Positions 10,053 through 19,494 of a stretch of 64,000 nucleotides of DNA are shown in pieces (position 1 is the first letter of the stretch; the number at the start of each line of letters is the position of its first letter). This stretch comes from Verrucomicrobiia bacterium (GTDB taxonomy: Bacteria; Verrucomicrobiota; Verrucomicrobiia; JADLBR01; JAIBCM01), in the NCBI GenBank assembly GCA_019694135.1, contig JAIBCM010000004.1:65364-129363 (forward strand). The letters are read 5' to 3'. The notes under the pieces are model-generated. The model ran no database searches and was not told the origin of the DNA. It saw only the letters and a program-made list of their open reading frames with translations. A program made the position numbers and the translations under genes.

Positions 10053-10577
10053 TTAAGGGGCCTGTTCCAGTTGCGCTTTGAGTTTAGCGAGGCCTTTTCT
10101 GAAATCCTCTTCAATGAGCGGTGTAAAGACGAGCTGCATGGATTTTGAGATAGGATTTTTGCCATTATCACCGTAACAGCGCCAGGTGACTAAAGTGCCT
10201 GAGCCTTGAGGGAGAAGTTCTATGCCGCCGTTTAAGGTGTATTGATCCATATCAAGTCGATATTGAACAAAGCGATTGGGAATGAATTGGGTTAAGGTTA
10301 AAATGCCAGAACCTCTTTTACCTTGCCAATATTGTTTAAAACCAATTTCGCCTTCCGTTCCTTCGTAGCTATAAGTGATGGTAGGATCGTAATCTTCTTT
10401 GGTCCACGCAGACCATTTTTCCCACTCTTTAAAGTTCAAAACATAAGGGTAAATAACGGATGCATCTTTTTGAATGACTGTCGACTTTTCAACTTTCCAT
10501 TGCTGGGGCATGAAAGTGGCAACGATAAAAAGAGCGCCAAAAACCAAGAGTAATCCCCAGAAAGTTTTTTTAATCAT
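10053..10577 (-). CDS. Secreted/anchored SRPBCC (START/Bet v1-like) family protein
   Basis: Signal/anchor peptide MIKKTFWGLLLVFGALFIVA, then about 150 aa with the alternating beta pattern typical of polyketide-cyclase/Coq10-like proteins. The family call is tentative. Confidence 0.4.
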   Translation of the reverse strand: MIKKTFWGLLLVFGALFIVATFMPQQWKVEKSTVIQKDASVIYPYVLNFKEWEKWSAWTKEDYDPTITYSYEGTEGEIGFKQYWQGKRGSGILTLTQFIPNRFVQYRLDMDQYTLNGGIELLPQGSGTLVTWRCYGDNGKNPISKSMQLVFTPLIEEDFRKGLAKLKAQLEQAP

Positions 10578-10614
10578 AATTTTTTCATATCATTTTATTA
10601 ACATTTCTCAAGAT

Positions 10615-13422
10615 TTAGTTCGTGAGGGCTTGTTTGGCTGCTAAGATTTTTTCGGAAATAGGGCGTGTTGCCAAGGGAAGTGTTTCTGTTTTTTGGTTAG
10701 AATGATAAAGAGGGCCTTTCATGCCAAAACAATTTTGTTTTTGTAGGGTAGCCAATTTCTTAAAATAAGGGAGAGCTGCTTCCCAATCTTTTCCAGTGAA
10801 AATTTTTATTAAACCTTGATAGGGTGACAAACAGCTAACTGTGATATTCTTGATAGAAGATGGAATGGCAAGATAGGCAGCTAATTGGAGGCCTTGGTTT
10901 TGTTCTAAATGTAAAGAATTAATACCTTTAAAATAGTTGGGATAAAAATGGATCACATGCCAGGAGTGATTTTTGTCATTGTCTTCCTGAATGAAAAGCA
11001 AATCGCAATGAACGTCTAAAGATATCGGGGAATTGATTCGAAAAGTGGGAGTGACTTGATAATCAGTATAGTTGGGCAATGTTTCCCAGAGATAATTGAG
11101 ACATTGGCTAGCCATCCAGAATGATTTTTCAATTAGTGTGCTCCACCAAAGTGGGAGAGGATCAATTTCCAAATAGTGTGTCAGTTCTTTTGACCAATGT
11201 TTTTGTGTTTGATCTAGCTCATGAAAAAAAGTTTCTTTGGTCCAGGGTTTTTTTGTGGCCAACGTTTGAAAAACCGTTTTGATCCAATCCCAAGTCCAAA
11301 TTCCTGTTGTTTTATTGAGATTGAAATGAAATTGATAGTGCGCGTTTGATTCGGCTTCCAGAAATGTTTTTAAAGCAAAGGTGGCTGGGAATAAAAGTGC
11401 TTGGTGAATCGTTCTGCCATTCCAGTTTTTGGTAAAGTTGGAAAGTGCAGACAGGTTAAAGTTATATTCATCAAAAGGTTTTTCAGGATTTTGTCGAGAT
11501 TGATGAATGGCAATGAATTCATTTTTATCAAATATAAGAGGTGTAGCAGAAGTTAAAGGTTTTAAAGGTAAACAGTCAACTGATTGCAAGGAATCTGGAA
11601 ATAAGTTTAAACATTGTCGAAACCATTTATTGGGAAAGCATGGGGTAGAAGGATTAGAAGAATCCATTTCGCGGGTGATGAGAGTAATGGAGTTTTGGCA
11701 GTTTTCGCAGAGATCTAAGAATCGGCGATTTTCTAAAACTGTGTAGTCTTCACTGGTCAATAGGTAAGTCTGGTGAGGTGCGCGAAGTTGATTTAGTTTT
11801 TTTCGAAGCTCATCCTCTAAAAAAGCATGGTAAGTAGGGGCGGAAGGCCAGACGGATTCATTGCATTCGAGAAAAATGAGATGCGACCATTGGCGATGCG
11901 TGGCTTGAGAAAGTGTTGTGAGAATGAGAGGAGATAAAGTTTTAAAATCGGGTTTTTGAAGGTTATTTTGAGAAATTAATTTTTTGATGAAATTCAAAAT
12001 GATTTCTTTGGGTGCAGGATTAGGGTCAAAAAGAGAGCTAATATTTTCGGGAAAATATTTTTCCCAGGAAAAGGGAAGTGAAAAAAGGTCTGCGACTTGT
12101 TTCCATCGATCTTGCGCTTCTAACCAAGTTAAAGTTTGAGGCCAGGGAGGCAATTTTTCAATCAAATGGAGCAACGTTTTATCGAGAGAGTTTTGGGGAT
12201 TGAGTAGTTTGGCGAGGGTGAAAGTTTGAGTCGTTGGCAGTCTATGAAAGAGATAATAAAAACGTTTTCTGGTCTCGATGGGATCTATGAATGCTGAATT
12301 AGGCAGGGAAAGTTCATTTAAAATTTCGATTAAAATAATAAATTTTTCGATGTGACATTGATTTTTTATGTAATCCCAATAAGCCAGAAAAAATTGATCA
12401 GTAAGAGACGGAGACGAGCGCAGTTCGAACTCGTGATGAAAGGGGATAGCCTTTTGCTGTAAGTGATGGATGAGTTCAATTGTGGCGGGAGAATCTTGTG
12501 GTGCGATGATGCCTATGGGTAAGTCGGTGGAGTTGTGGGAGATTTGGCATGTTAGTTGCTGAAGAACAACTTGAGTTGGTTGCGACTCATCTTTCGCCGA
12601 AAAAAGTTTTAATGAGGGTGCATGATTTTTTTGATTTAAAAATAGGTTGCTAACGAGCGAAAAATTAGCGGATTCGTAGCCGCTATCGCGACAGGTTTCG
12701 CAATTCACTTGAAGATGATATTCTAAGGTTTGAATCCATAACACGTCGGGGTCGCGCCCTGTAATGCGTGGCATGGGAACGTAAATTTCCATGTCTTGGC
12801 TTAGTAAAAAAGTGGTTTGGAGAAGAGATAAATGAGGTAAGAATTCAGCATCCCAACCGATCAAGCAAGTTATCCAATTTTTTGGAATTTTTTTAGTTGT
12901 TTGGGATAAAGTTTGCTCTATGTCGGGGTGCCATTGATTAGTTTTTTGCGTTTTTTCTTTCCAATTTTTAGAAAAGGGAGGAAGAGGTGAATCGGGAATG
13001 GAATCCAAAGACCAGTGGGCGCGAGTCAAATCTTTGATGGCCTGAAGACAAGAGGCTGGCTGCAAAGCTACGGATTGTGCTATTGCAGAAGATTGCTGAC
13101 TGGCAATCATTTGAAGAGAAAATTCGAAAACGGAAGGTTCAATCGAAAAGTAGGGGAGGTGTTGGTGATGACAAAGTTCGCTTCGCAAAAGCGCGAGATC
13201 AAGGAAGGTGATGTCTGAAATCGAAATATTTTCTTGCGCGGCTCGTATACGAATCCATTGGCTTTGTGATAGATGAGGCAAAATTAAAAAACAGGGCTGT
13301 TCAGAAGCTAGAGATGAAGCGCGTTTTAACCAATTACGCAAGTTGTCTTGCCACACGTCTTCCAGAGTTCGATATTGGGCGAGACGGGTTGGAGTAGTTT
13401 TAGGAGCGGGATTATAACTCAC
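10615..13422 (-). CDS. Large AddB/RexB-like protein: inactivated helicase-like N-terminal region and a putative C-terminal PD-(D/E)XK (RecB-family) nuclease module
   Basis: 935 aa with no Walker A. The C-terminal segment ISLDVHCDLLFIQED...HFYPNYFKG...QLAAYLA resembles RecB-nuclease motifs II/III and the Q..Y motif. It sits directly upstream of the UvrD-type helicase on the same strand and overlaps the next gene by 11 nt. Confidence 0.45.
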   Translation of the reverse strand: MSYNPAPKTTPTRLAQYRTLEDVWQDNLRNWLKRASSLASEQPCFLILPHLSQSQWIRIRAAQENISISDITFLDLALLRSELCHHQHLPYFSIEPSVFEFSLQMIASQQSSAIAQSVALQPASCLQAIKDLTRAHWSLDSIPDSPLPPFSKNWKEKTQKTNQWHPDIEQTLSQTTKKIPKNWITCLIGWDAEFLPHLSLLQTTFLLSQDMEIYVPMPRITGRDPDVLWIQTLEYHLQVNCETCRDSGYESANFSLVSNLFLNQKNHAPSLKLFSAKDESQPTQVVLQQLTCQISHNSTDLPIGIIAPQDSPATIELIHHLQQKAIPFHHEFELRSSPSLTDQFFLAYWDYIKNQCHIEKFIILIEILNELSLPNSAFIDPIETRKRFYYLFHRLPTTQTFTLAKLLNPQNSLDKTLLHLIEKLPPWPQTLTWLEAQDRWKQVADLFSLPFSWEKYFPENISSLFDPNPAPKEIILNFIKKLISQNNLQKPDFKTLSPLILTTLSQATHRQWSHLIFLECNESVWPSAPTYHAFLEDELRKKLNQLRAPHQTYLLTSEDYTVLENRRFLDLCENCQNSITLITREMDSSNPSTPCFPNKWFRQCLNLFPDSLQSVDCLPLKPLTSATPLIFDKNEFIAIHQSRQNPEKPFDEYNFNLSALSNFTKNWNGRTIHQALLFPATFALKTFLEAESNAHYQFHFNLNKTTGIWTWDWIKTVFQTLATKKPWTKETFFHELDQTQKHWSKELTHYLEIDPLPLWWSTLIEKSFWMASQCLNYLWETLPNYTDYQVTPTFRINSPISLDVHCDLLFIQEDNDKNHSWHVIHFYPNYFKGINSLHLEQNQGLQLAAYLAIPSSIKNITVSCLSPYQGLIKIFTGKDWEAALPYFKKLATLQKQNCFGMKGPLYHSNQKTETLPLATRPISEKILAAKQALTN

Positions 13423-14728
13423 TGTTAATCATTTCAAATAAGTCTGTATTTTCCAATATGCCATGAATTTTTTCTGCGCCGGGGCCAGAAGCAAGCACCA
13501 AACTATCGCCGGCGGTAGGCAGAGCTTGAGGCGATTGAAGAAAGGCGGTTTGGCGATAGTCGGGTGTGAGCGAATTGGTTTGGAGCAAACCTTGCTGTTG
13601 CAAGCGTTGCCATTCTGCTTGTTCTTTGGGGGTTCGAGGTAATGCTCCAGGGCCGCTCATCCAAGTGATGGTGGATATACTATTGGTTTGAGATTCAAAA
13701 AAGATGTTGCCTTTTGCTGTGGCCGGGAAAGAACCGTGCACTGTTAATCCACCCATATTGTAACCGGAAATAACGAGGATAAGCGCATTTTTGCCAGCAT
13801 ATTTTCGGGCGGTTTTTACGGCGATATCCAGATCCAAAATTTCTCCGACAGCGCGTTTGGCTTGATTTTGAGCAATGGCGCGAGTCGTTAGAGCGCTATC
13901 CACTACAAGCAAATAGCCGCCCACTCGATATTGTAACAGTTCAATGGCGCGTCGCACCATGTCTGATAATAACGGGTGTTGAGTGGGACGTTTTTGATTG
14001 GGAAACCAATAGGAAAGATCGGCGCGATAAGGCAGTTCGGCATCATCGAAAAGACCCAGCACGCGACCCGCTCTCCAAACCGATAAATCTTCCAATTCAT
14101 CCGCATTTTCGATGACAGAAAATTTTCTTTGTTTCGCTTCTTGCATGAGATTACGTCCATCTTGGCGCAAGCCTATTGGATAACTTTCGGAGGGGGGACG
14201 AAAAACACTTTTCCCGCCGCCCATAAGAATATCAAGTTGAGAAGAATCCATGAATTGAGCTGCGATTTCCGTGCGATTAGCAAGATTTTTGGTATTAGCA
14301 TAAAAAGCGGCAGGAGTGGGATCGGTTACATTTCCCGTGGTAATGAGACCTGTTTGCCGTCCTTTGCGTTGTGCGCGATAGACCAAGTTATCGAGACGAT
14401 GATTTTTGGTGTCGAATCCTAGTGTGTCGTTGGGCGTTTTTTTGCCCGTAGCGATGGCCATCGTGGCGGCTGCTTCATCAGGAATGAGACTGTCTGCGGA
14501 GTAAGTTTTTAGAAGCGCGACATCGGTAAGTTGATCCAGATAGAGTTCATGTTTTAATCCTTCATCGTAAGCGCGTGATAAAGTTAAAAGTTCTGGACTT
14601 AATCCATGAACTAAAAAAACTATGACGCCATGAGGTTTAGGCGTCACATAGCTTTTGATATAAAAAAACGCGAATACCCCAAAGCAAGCGACAACGGCTG
14701 CTAAGGTTAATTGAATGCGTGTTGCCAT
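13412..14728 (-). CDS. Membrane-anchored alkaline phosphatase (PhoA-fold) homologue, predicted catalytically inactive
   Basis: N-terminal TM helix. It aligns with E. coli PhoA across VTDSAASATAWSTGVKT / IPDEAAATMAIATGKKT, QDATPAA / TDPTPAA, LGGGAKTF / MGGGKSVF and VDLDEAV / ILDLDIAV. The nucleophile Ser is Glu here, and the Zn ligands (GDGMG Asp, DKQDH, TADHAH) are substituted. Confidence 0.65.
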   Translation of the reverse strand: MATRIQLTLAAVVACFGVFAFFYIKSYVTPKPHGVIVFLVHGLSPELLTLSRAYDEGLKHELYLDQLTDVALLKTYSADSLIPDEAAATMAIATGKKTPNDTLGFDTKNHRLDNLVYRAQRKGRQTGLITTGNVTDPTPAAFYANTKNLANRTEIAAQFMDSSQLDILMGGGKSVFRPPSESYPIGLRQDGRNLMQEAKQRKFSVIENADELEDLSVWRAGRVLGLFDDAELPYRADLSYWFPNQKRPTQHPLLSDMVRRAIELLQYRVGGYLLVVDSALTTRAIAQNQAKRAVGEILDLDIAVKTARKYAGKNALILVISGYNMGGLTVHGSFPATAKGNIFFESQTNSISTITWMSGPGALPRTPKEQAEWQRLQQQGLLQTNSLTPDYRQTAFLQSPQALPTAGDSLVLASGPGAEKIHGILENTDLFEMINSEL

Positions 14729-14758
14729 AAGGCAGTGATCATATCAACGTAAGGAGCG

Positions 14759-16018
14759 CTAGCCTGAAGATTGCGCGCTGAGTTCTTGAATGATGCTGAT
14801 CAAAGGCAAGAAAAGCGCCACGACAATTACACCTACGATCAACGCCAAAAATACAATCATCAATGGTTCCAAAAGTGAAGTGAGTCCCGCAACAGCATTA
14901 TCCACTTCGTCCTCATAAACATCGGCTACTTTAATGAGCATGTCAGGCAAGCGTCCGGTTTCTTCACCAATGCCGATCATGCTAATCACCATAGGGGGGA
15001 ACACGCCCGAAGCCTCCAAAGGAACGGCTACGCTTTCTCCTTCTTTTACACTGTCATGAACTTGGGCAATAGCGTTGGCTAAAACTTGGTTGCCGGCCGT
15101 TTCGCGAGTAATATTAAGCGCTTGCAAAATGGGAACGCCGCTAGAAACCAACGTGCCTAATGTGCGAGCGAATCGTGAAATAGCGGTCAGACGCACTAAA
15201 ACGCCTAACAAGGGAAATTTCAGTTTGGCGCGATCCAAAAGAGCGTGTCCTGAAGCGGTGCGGGCAAAAAGTTTATAGCCAATAATTAAACCCACTACCA
15301 CGGCAACAATGATTAAGAAATTGTTTTTCATTAAGTTGCTGGCTGCAACGACGAATTCGGTCAGGGGAGGGAGAGGTTTATCGCCTAACATATCGCGAAA
15401 AATTTCTTGGAATTTAGGCACAATAAAAATGAGCAAGAAAGTGAGGATAAGAATCGCAATACACAAAACAATGACGGGATAAATCATGGCCGAAATCACT
15501 TTATTCTTAATTTTTTGAGCTTTTTCTTGAAACTCTGCCAAACGCGTTAATACCACTTCCAAAACACCTCCGACTTCACCAGCTTTGACCATGTTAACGT
15601 AGAGTTTGTTAAAAAGATTGGGATGCGAAGCCATAGCTTCAGAAAAAGTGCTACCGCCTTCTACGGAACTCGACATTTCAACAATCGCGCCGCGAAGTGT
15701 TTTATTTTTTTCTTGGTTTGCCAAGGTGTGAAGACCGCGCAAAAGAGGTAATCCGGCATCGATTAAAGTGGCTAATTGTCGGGTGAAAACGGTTAACGCT
15801 TTGCTGGATATTTTTCCTGGGCCAAACAAAGATTTTTTTTGTGTGGTAATGCCGGTTGCTTCGGTTTCGATGCCTGCGACTGCGGCTTCAGTAATTTGTG
15901 TGGGAAAGTAGCCTTCGAGTTTAATGAGGGAGGCAGCTTCCGTTTCATTAGGCGCGTCCAAGGAGCCGGCAACTTGTTGGCCTCGGGGATCAATTGCGAT
16001 ATAATTATAATTGGGCAT
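14759..16018 (-). CDS. Type II secretion / type IV pilus inner-membrane platform protein (GspF/PilC family)
   Basis: 419 aa with two repeated T2SS_F cytoplasmic domains and three TM segments (LIDAGLPLLRGL...). Confidence 0.85.
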   Translation of the reverse strand: MPNYNYIAIDPRGQQVAGSLDAPNETEAASLIKLEGYFPTQITEAAVAGIETEATGITTQKKSLFGPGKISSKALTVFTRQLATLIDAGLPLLRGLHTLANQEKNKTLRGAIVEMSSSVEGGSTFSEAMASHPNLFNKLYVNMVKAGEVGGVLEVVLTRLAEFQEKAQKIKNKVISAMIYPVIVLCIAILILTFLLIFIVPKFQEIFRDMLGDKPLPPLTEFVVAASNLMKNNFLIIVAVVVGLIIGYKLFARTASGHALLDRAKLKFPLLGVLVRLTAISRFARTLGTLVSSGVPILQALNITRETAGNQVLANAIAQVHDSVKEGESVAVPLEASGVFPPMVISMIGIGEETGRLPDMLIKVADVYEDEVDNAVAGLTSLLEPLMIVFLALIVGVIVVALFLPLISIIQELSAQSSG

Positions 16019-16024
16019 AAATTA

Positions 16025-17683
16025 TTAGGTATATTTTACTACCTCCTCAATTGTGGTTTCACCATCAAAAATACAACGTAGACCATCTTCTCGTAAAGTT
16101 TGCATGCCTAGTTCGATTGCCTTTTGACGAATGACAATAGAAGGGGAACGGGCGTTAATCAACTCCCGAATCGGATCGGTAACATCCAAAAGTTCATAAA
16201 TACCTTTTCGACCTTTGTATCCGGTTCCATTACAATTGGAGCAACCGCGACCGTAATAAAAAACTCGATCGCCTACATCGTGTGGGGAAAGATTGATAGT
16301 GCTCAAGGCGGCTTCGTCGGGTTCGTAAGGGGTGCGGCATTCAGGACAAATTTTGCGAATCAGGCGTTGTGCGAGAATTCCTTCGAGCGATGAAGAAATT
16401 AAATAAGGTTCCACTCCCATATCGATCAAGCGCGTGATTGCACCTGGAGCATCGTTAGTGTGTAATGAGCTTAACACCAAATGGCCTGTGAGCGAAGCTT
16501 GAATGGCAATGGTGGCTGTTTCCACATCACGCGTTTCTCCAACCATGATGCGATCGGGATCTTGTCGCAAGAAAGCGCGCAAGACTCGCGCAAAAGTCAG
16601 GCCGATTCCTTCGTTCACAGGAATTTGTTGAATGCCTTCGATGTCATATTCCACTGGATCTTCGACCGTGAGTAATTTTGAGTCGATAGTATTGATGCGA
16701 TTCAAACAAGAATAAAGAGTCGTCGTTTTTCCTGAACCCGTAGGACCTGTCACAATAAAAATGCCGTTGGGTTTTTCGATGATATTGCAAATATAATCAA
16801 AAATTTTTTTCGGCATGCCCAACGTTTCAAGCGATAGATTAACTGTAGAACGATCGAGCACGCGCAGAACCACACTTTCCCCAAACTGCGTGGGAAGTGT
16901 CGAAACGCGCAAATCCACATTGCGTCCCGCCATAGTAGTTTGTATGCGACCGTCTTGAGGGATGCGACGCTCAGCGATGTTGAGTGCTGACATAACCTTA
17001 ATTCGTGAAGTGACCGAAAGCGCTAGCGATTTAGGCGGTGGCGTCATCTCATACAAAGCGCCATCGACGCGGTAACGAATTTTGAATTCGCTTTCAAACG
17101 GTTCAAAATGAATGTCGCTTGCTCGCGCTTGAATGGCTTGCATCAACACGGTGTTAACGAATTTGACAATAGGAGCCGCATTCGCGGCTTGTTCCAGATC
17201 GCCTTTGGCAATATCAGGTGCAATTTCTTGAACGATATCCGCGGCAGAAACTTTGACGTGCCCGAAGTAACTTTGCAGTTTTTCTCGAATTTGGGACGGC
17301 AACGCTACTGAAATGTTAATTTCTTTGTTGGTGGCAAAACTTAGATCATCGCGAACTTGAATATTTAATGGATCGGTTAAAACAATAGTAATAGAATTGG
17401 AATCGTAGTTGATGGGTAAGGCTTCTTGAAGACGAATGGTTTGAGGATCAATTTGGCTAAGAATATCAGGTCGAAATTCGATGCTATTAAGATCAATAAA
17501 AGGCATGCCTAACAAGTTTGCTAAGGTTTGATAAAGGCTTGTTTCATCAAAGATGCCAAAATCGTATAGAACGTCAGGAATAGGTTTACCGGAGCGATGA
17601 TGTTCTTCGTAAACTTCCTGAAATTGGTCAGGTGTTAATTGGCCTTGCTCCGAAAGAAAAGAAAGAAGAGGATCGGTTTCCAT
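16025..17683 (-). CDS. GspE/PilB-family secretion ATPase, paralogue 2
   Basis: N-terminal GSPII_E_N-like domain. Walker A GPTGSGKTTTLY, Asp box, His box, and a tetracysteine Zn motif CPECR...CSNCNGTGYKGR. Its start overlaps the stop of paralogue 1 (TAATG). Confidence 0.9.
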   Translation of the reverse strand: METDPLLSFLSEQGQLTPDQFQEVYEEHHRSGKPIPDVLYDFGIFDETSLYQTLANLLGMPFIDLNSIEFRPDILSQIDPQTIRLQEALPINYDSNSITIVLTDPLNIQVRDDLSFATNKEINISVALPSQIREKLQSYFGHVKVSAADIVQEIAPDIAKGDLEQAANAAPIVKFVNTVLMQAIQARASDIHFEPFESEFKIRYRVDGALYEMTPPPKSLALSVTSRIKVMSALNIAERRIPQDGRIQTTMAGRNVDLRVSTLPTQFGESVVLRVLDRSTVNLSLETLGMPKKIFDYICNIIEKPNGIFIVTGPTGSGKTTTLYSCLNRINTIDSKLLTVEDPVEYDIEGIQQIPVNEGIGLTFARVLRAFLRQDPDRIMVGETRDVETATIAIQASLTGHLVLSSLHTNDAPGAITRLIDMGVEPYLISSSLEGILAQRLIRKICPECRTPYEPDEAALSTINLSPHDVGDRVFYYGRGCSNCNGTGYKGRKGIYELLDVTDPIRELINARSPSIVIRQKAIELGMQTLREDGLRCIFDGETTIEEVVKYT

Positions 17684-19353
17684 TAAGCTTTATCTCCCAT
17701 AGTAGCTGACAATACTTCCGAAACCGAGGTGATGCCCGCTAGCACTTTGCGGATGCCATCTTCGCGCAAAGTTCTCATGCCAAGTTGTCGTGCGCGTGCT
17801 CGAAGTTCTGCGTGAGAAGCATTTTCTGTGATCATGCGACGTGCTTCATCATTGAGAACAAAAATTTCAAAAATACCCAAGCGACCTTTGTAGCCGCTAC
17901 CTAAACAGGCTTCGCATCCCACGGCTTCCATAAAGTTTGCCTCGGTAATTTGGCTGGGTTTAATGCCGAGTGATTGTAGTTCGGATTCGGAGGGATCGTG
18001 AGGTTGTTTACATTTCGGGCAAAGTTTTCTAACGAGTCGTTGGGCCATGACCGCTTTTAATGATGAAGCGACTAAAAAGGGTTTTACGCCGATATCGACC
18101 AAACGCGTGATGGCGCCTGGAGCATCGTTAGTGTGCAAGGTGCTGAAGACTAAATGACCTGTTAGCGAGGCATTGATAGCAATGTTTGCGGTTTCTGCAT
18201 CGCGAATTTCACCCACCATGATAATGTTAGGGGCTTGACGCAGCATCGAGCGCAAAGCAGCAGCGAATGTCATATCGACATCTTCATTGATCTGCACTTG
18301 ATTAATGCCAGGCAAAATATATTCGACGGGATCTTCCGCTGTGATGATTTTGCGATCGGGCTTATTCAGATAATTCAGACAGCCGTAAAGCGTGGTAGTT
18401 TTTCCTGAACCCGTAGGACCGGTTACAAGAAAAATGCCATCGGCAAAACCAAGAATGCGTTCGATAACCTGTTGATCGTCGGAAAGGAAACCCAGTTCAG
18501 GCAAGCCCAGCATGAGACTACCTTTGTCCAAAATACGCATGACAATACTTTCCCCATGATTGGTGGGCACACTGGAAACACGAAGATCAATAGTTTTGGC
18601 GCCTACCGAGAGTTGAATTCGGCCGTCTTGAGGTAGACGTTTTTCTGCAATGCTCATGTTAGACATGATTTTGATGCGACTGACAATGGCTGATTGCAAA
18701 CTTTTTGGCGGACCTTGCATTTCTTGCAAAACACCATCAATGCGATAGCGAACTCGCAGTTTTTTTTCCAACGGTTCGATATGAATATCGCTCGCTCGCG
18801 ATTTATGGGCTTCAAGAATTAAAGAATGCACGAGTTTAATAATGGGAGCATCCTCCGCAGAAACGTTCGTGAGATCGGGTCCTTCTAATGCTTCGTTTTC
18901 TTTTTCTTCTTCTAAATCGCTTAACGAACCGTAATGCTCCACTAAGGCGCGTTCAATTTCTGTCAGAGGCACAACAACCGGGTCAATTTCGGTTTTTAAT
19001 AAAAATGAAATACTGTCGATGGTTTCCAGATCAAATGGATCGGACAAAGCAATTCGCAATAAATTTTCCATTCGCTCTAAAGGGAAAAATCGGTAACGCT
19101 TGGCGATATGTTTCGGAACGGAATGAATGACTTCTTCGGGAATGTCTTCAATGCGATCGATAAATTCGATGCCAGCGGTATTGGCGATGGCTTTTGTCAC
19201 ATCCAGCTGAGTGAGATGACCTGTTCCGACTAAAATATCCAGAACGCTTTGACGATTGTTTTGAGCTTCCGCCTTGGCCGATTCGATGTCTTGATCTGTG
19301 ATGAGTCCAACATCCTTTAATAAATCCAAAACTATCGGCTCATGTCCTGCCAT
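17683..19353 (-). CDS. GspE/PilB-family secretion ATPase, paralogue 1
   Basis: N-terminal GSPII_E_N domain. Walker A GPTGSGKTTTLY and a tetracysteine motif CPKCK...CEACLGSGYKGR. Confidence 0.9.
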   Translation of the reverse strand: MAGHEPIVLDLLKDVGLITDQDIESAKAEAQNNRQSVLDILVGTGHLTQLDVTKAIANTAGIEFIDRIEDIPEEVIHSVPKHIAKRYRFFPLERMENLLRIALSDPFDLETIDSISFLLKTEIDPVVVPLTEIERALVEHYGSLSDLEEEKENEALEGPDLTNVSAEDAPIIKLVHSLILEAHKSRASDIHIEPLEKKLRVRYRIDGVLQEMQGPPKSLQSAIVSRIKIMSNMSIAEKRLPQDGRIQLSVGAKTIDLRVSSVPTNHGESIVMRILDKGSLMLGLPELGFLSDDQQVIERILGFADGIFLVTGPTGSGKTTTLYGCLNYLNKPDRKIITAEDPVEYILPGINQVQINEDVDMTFAAALRSMLRQAPNIIMVGEIRDAETANIAINASLTGHLVFSTLHTNDAPGAITRLVDIGVKPFLVASSLKAVMAQRLVRKLCPKCKQPHDPSESELQSLGIKPSQITEANFMEAVGCEACLGSGYKGRLGIFEIFVLNDEARRMITENASHAELRARARQLGMRTLREDGIRKVLAGITSVSEVLSATMGDKA

Positions 19354-19494
19354 AAGTATGAAGTTAGAATTAAGTCGCGAAATGCCAAGATGTTTTTTAA
19401 AATATATTTCAATTAAAATCCGACCTTAGTATTGACAACTATAAATACGATTTATGAATTTTCAAACTCTTGAGAAAATGCTTAGCTAAGGCCG

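Noticed and set aside
19354-19494. TTGACA box at about 19431 as the kdsA promoter -35
   Set aside because: There is no properly spaced -10 hexamer (the TATAAA is 4 nt away). I left it unannotated.
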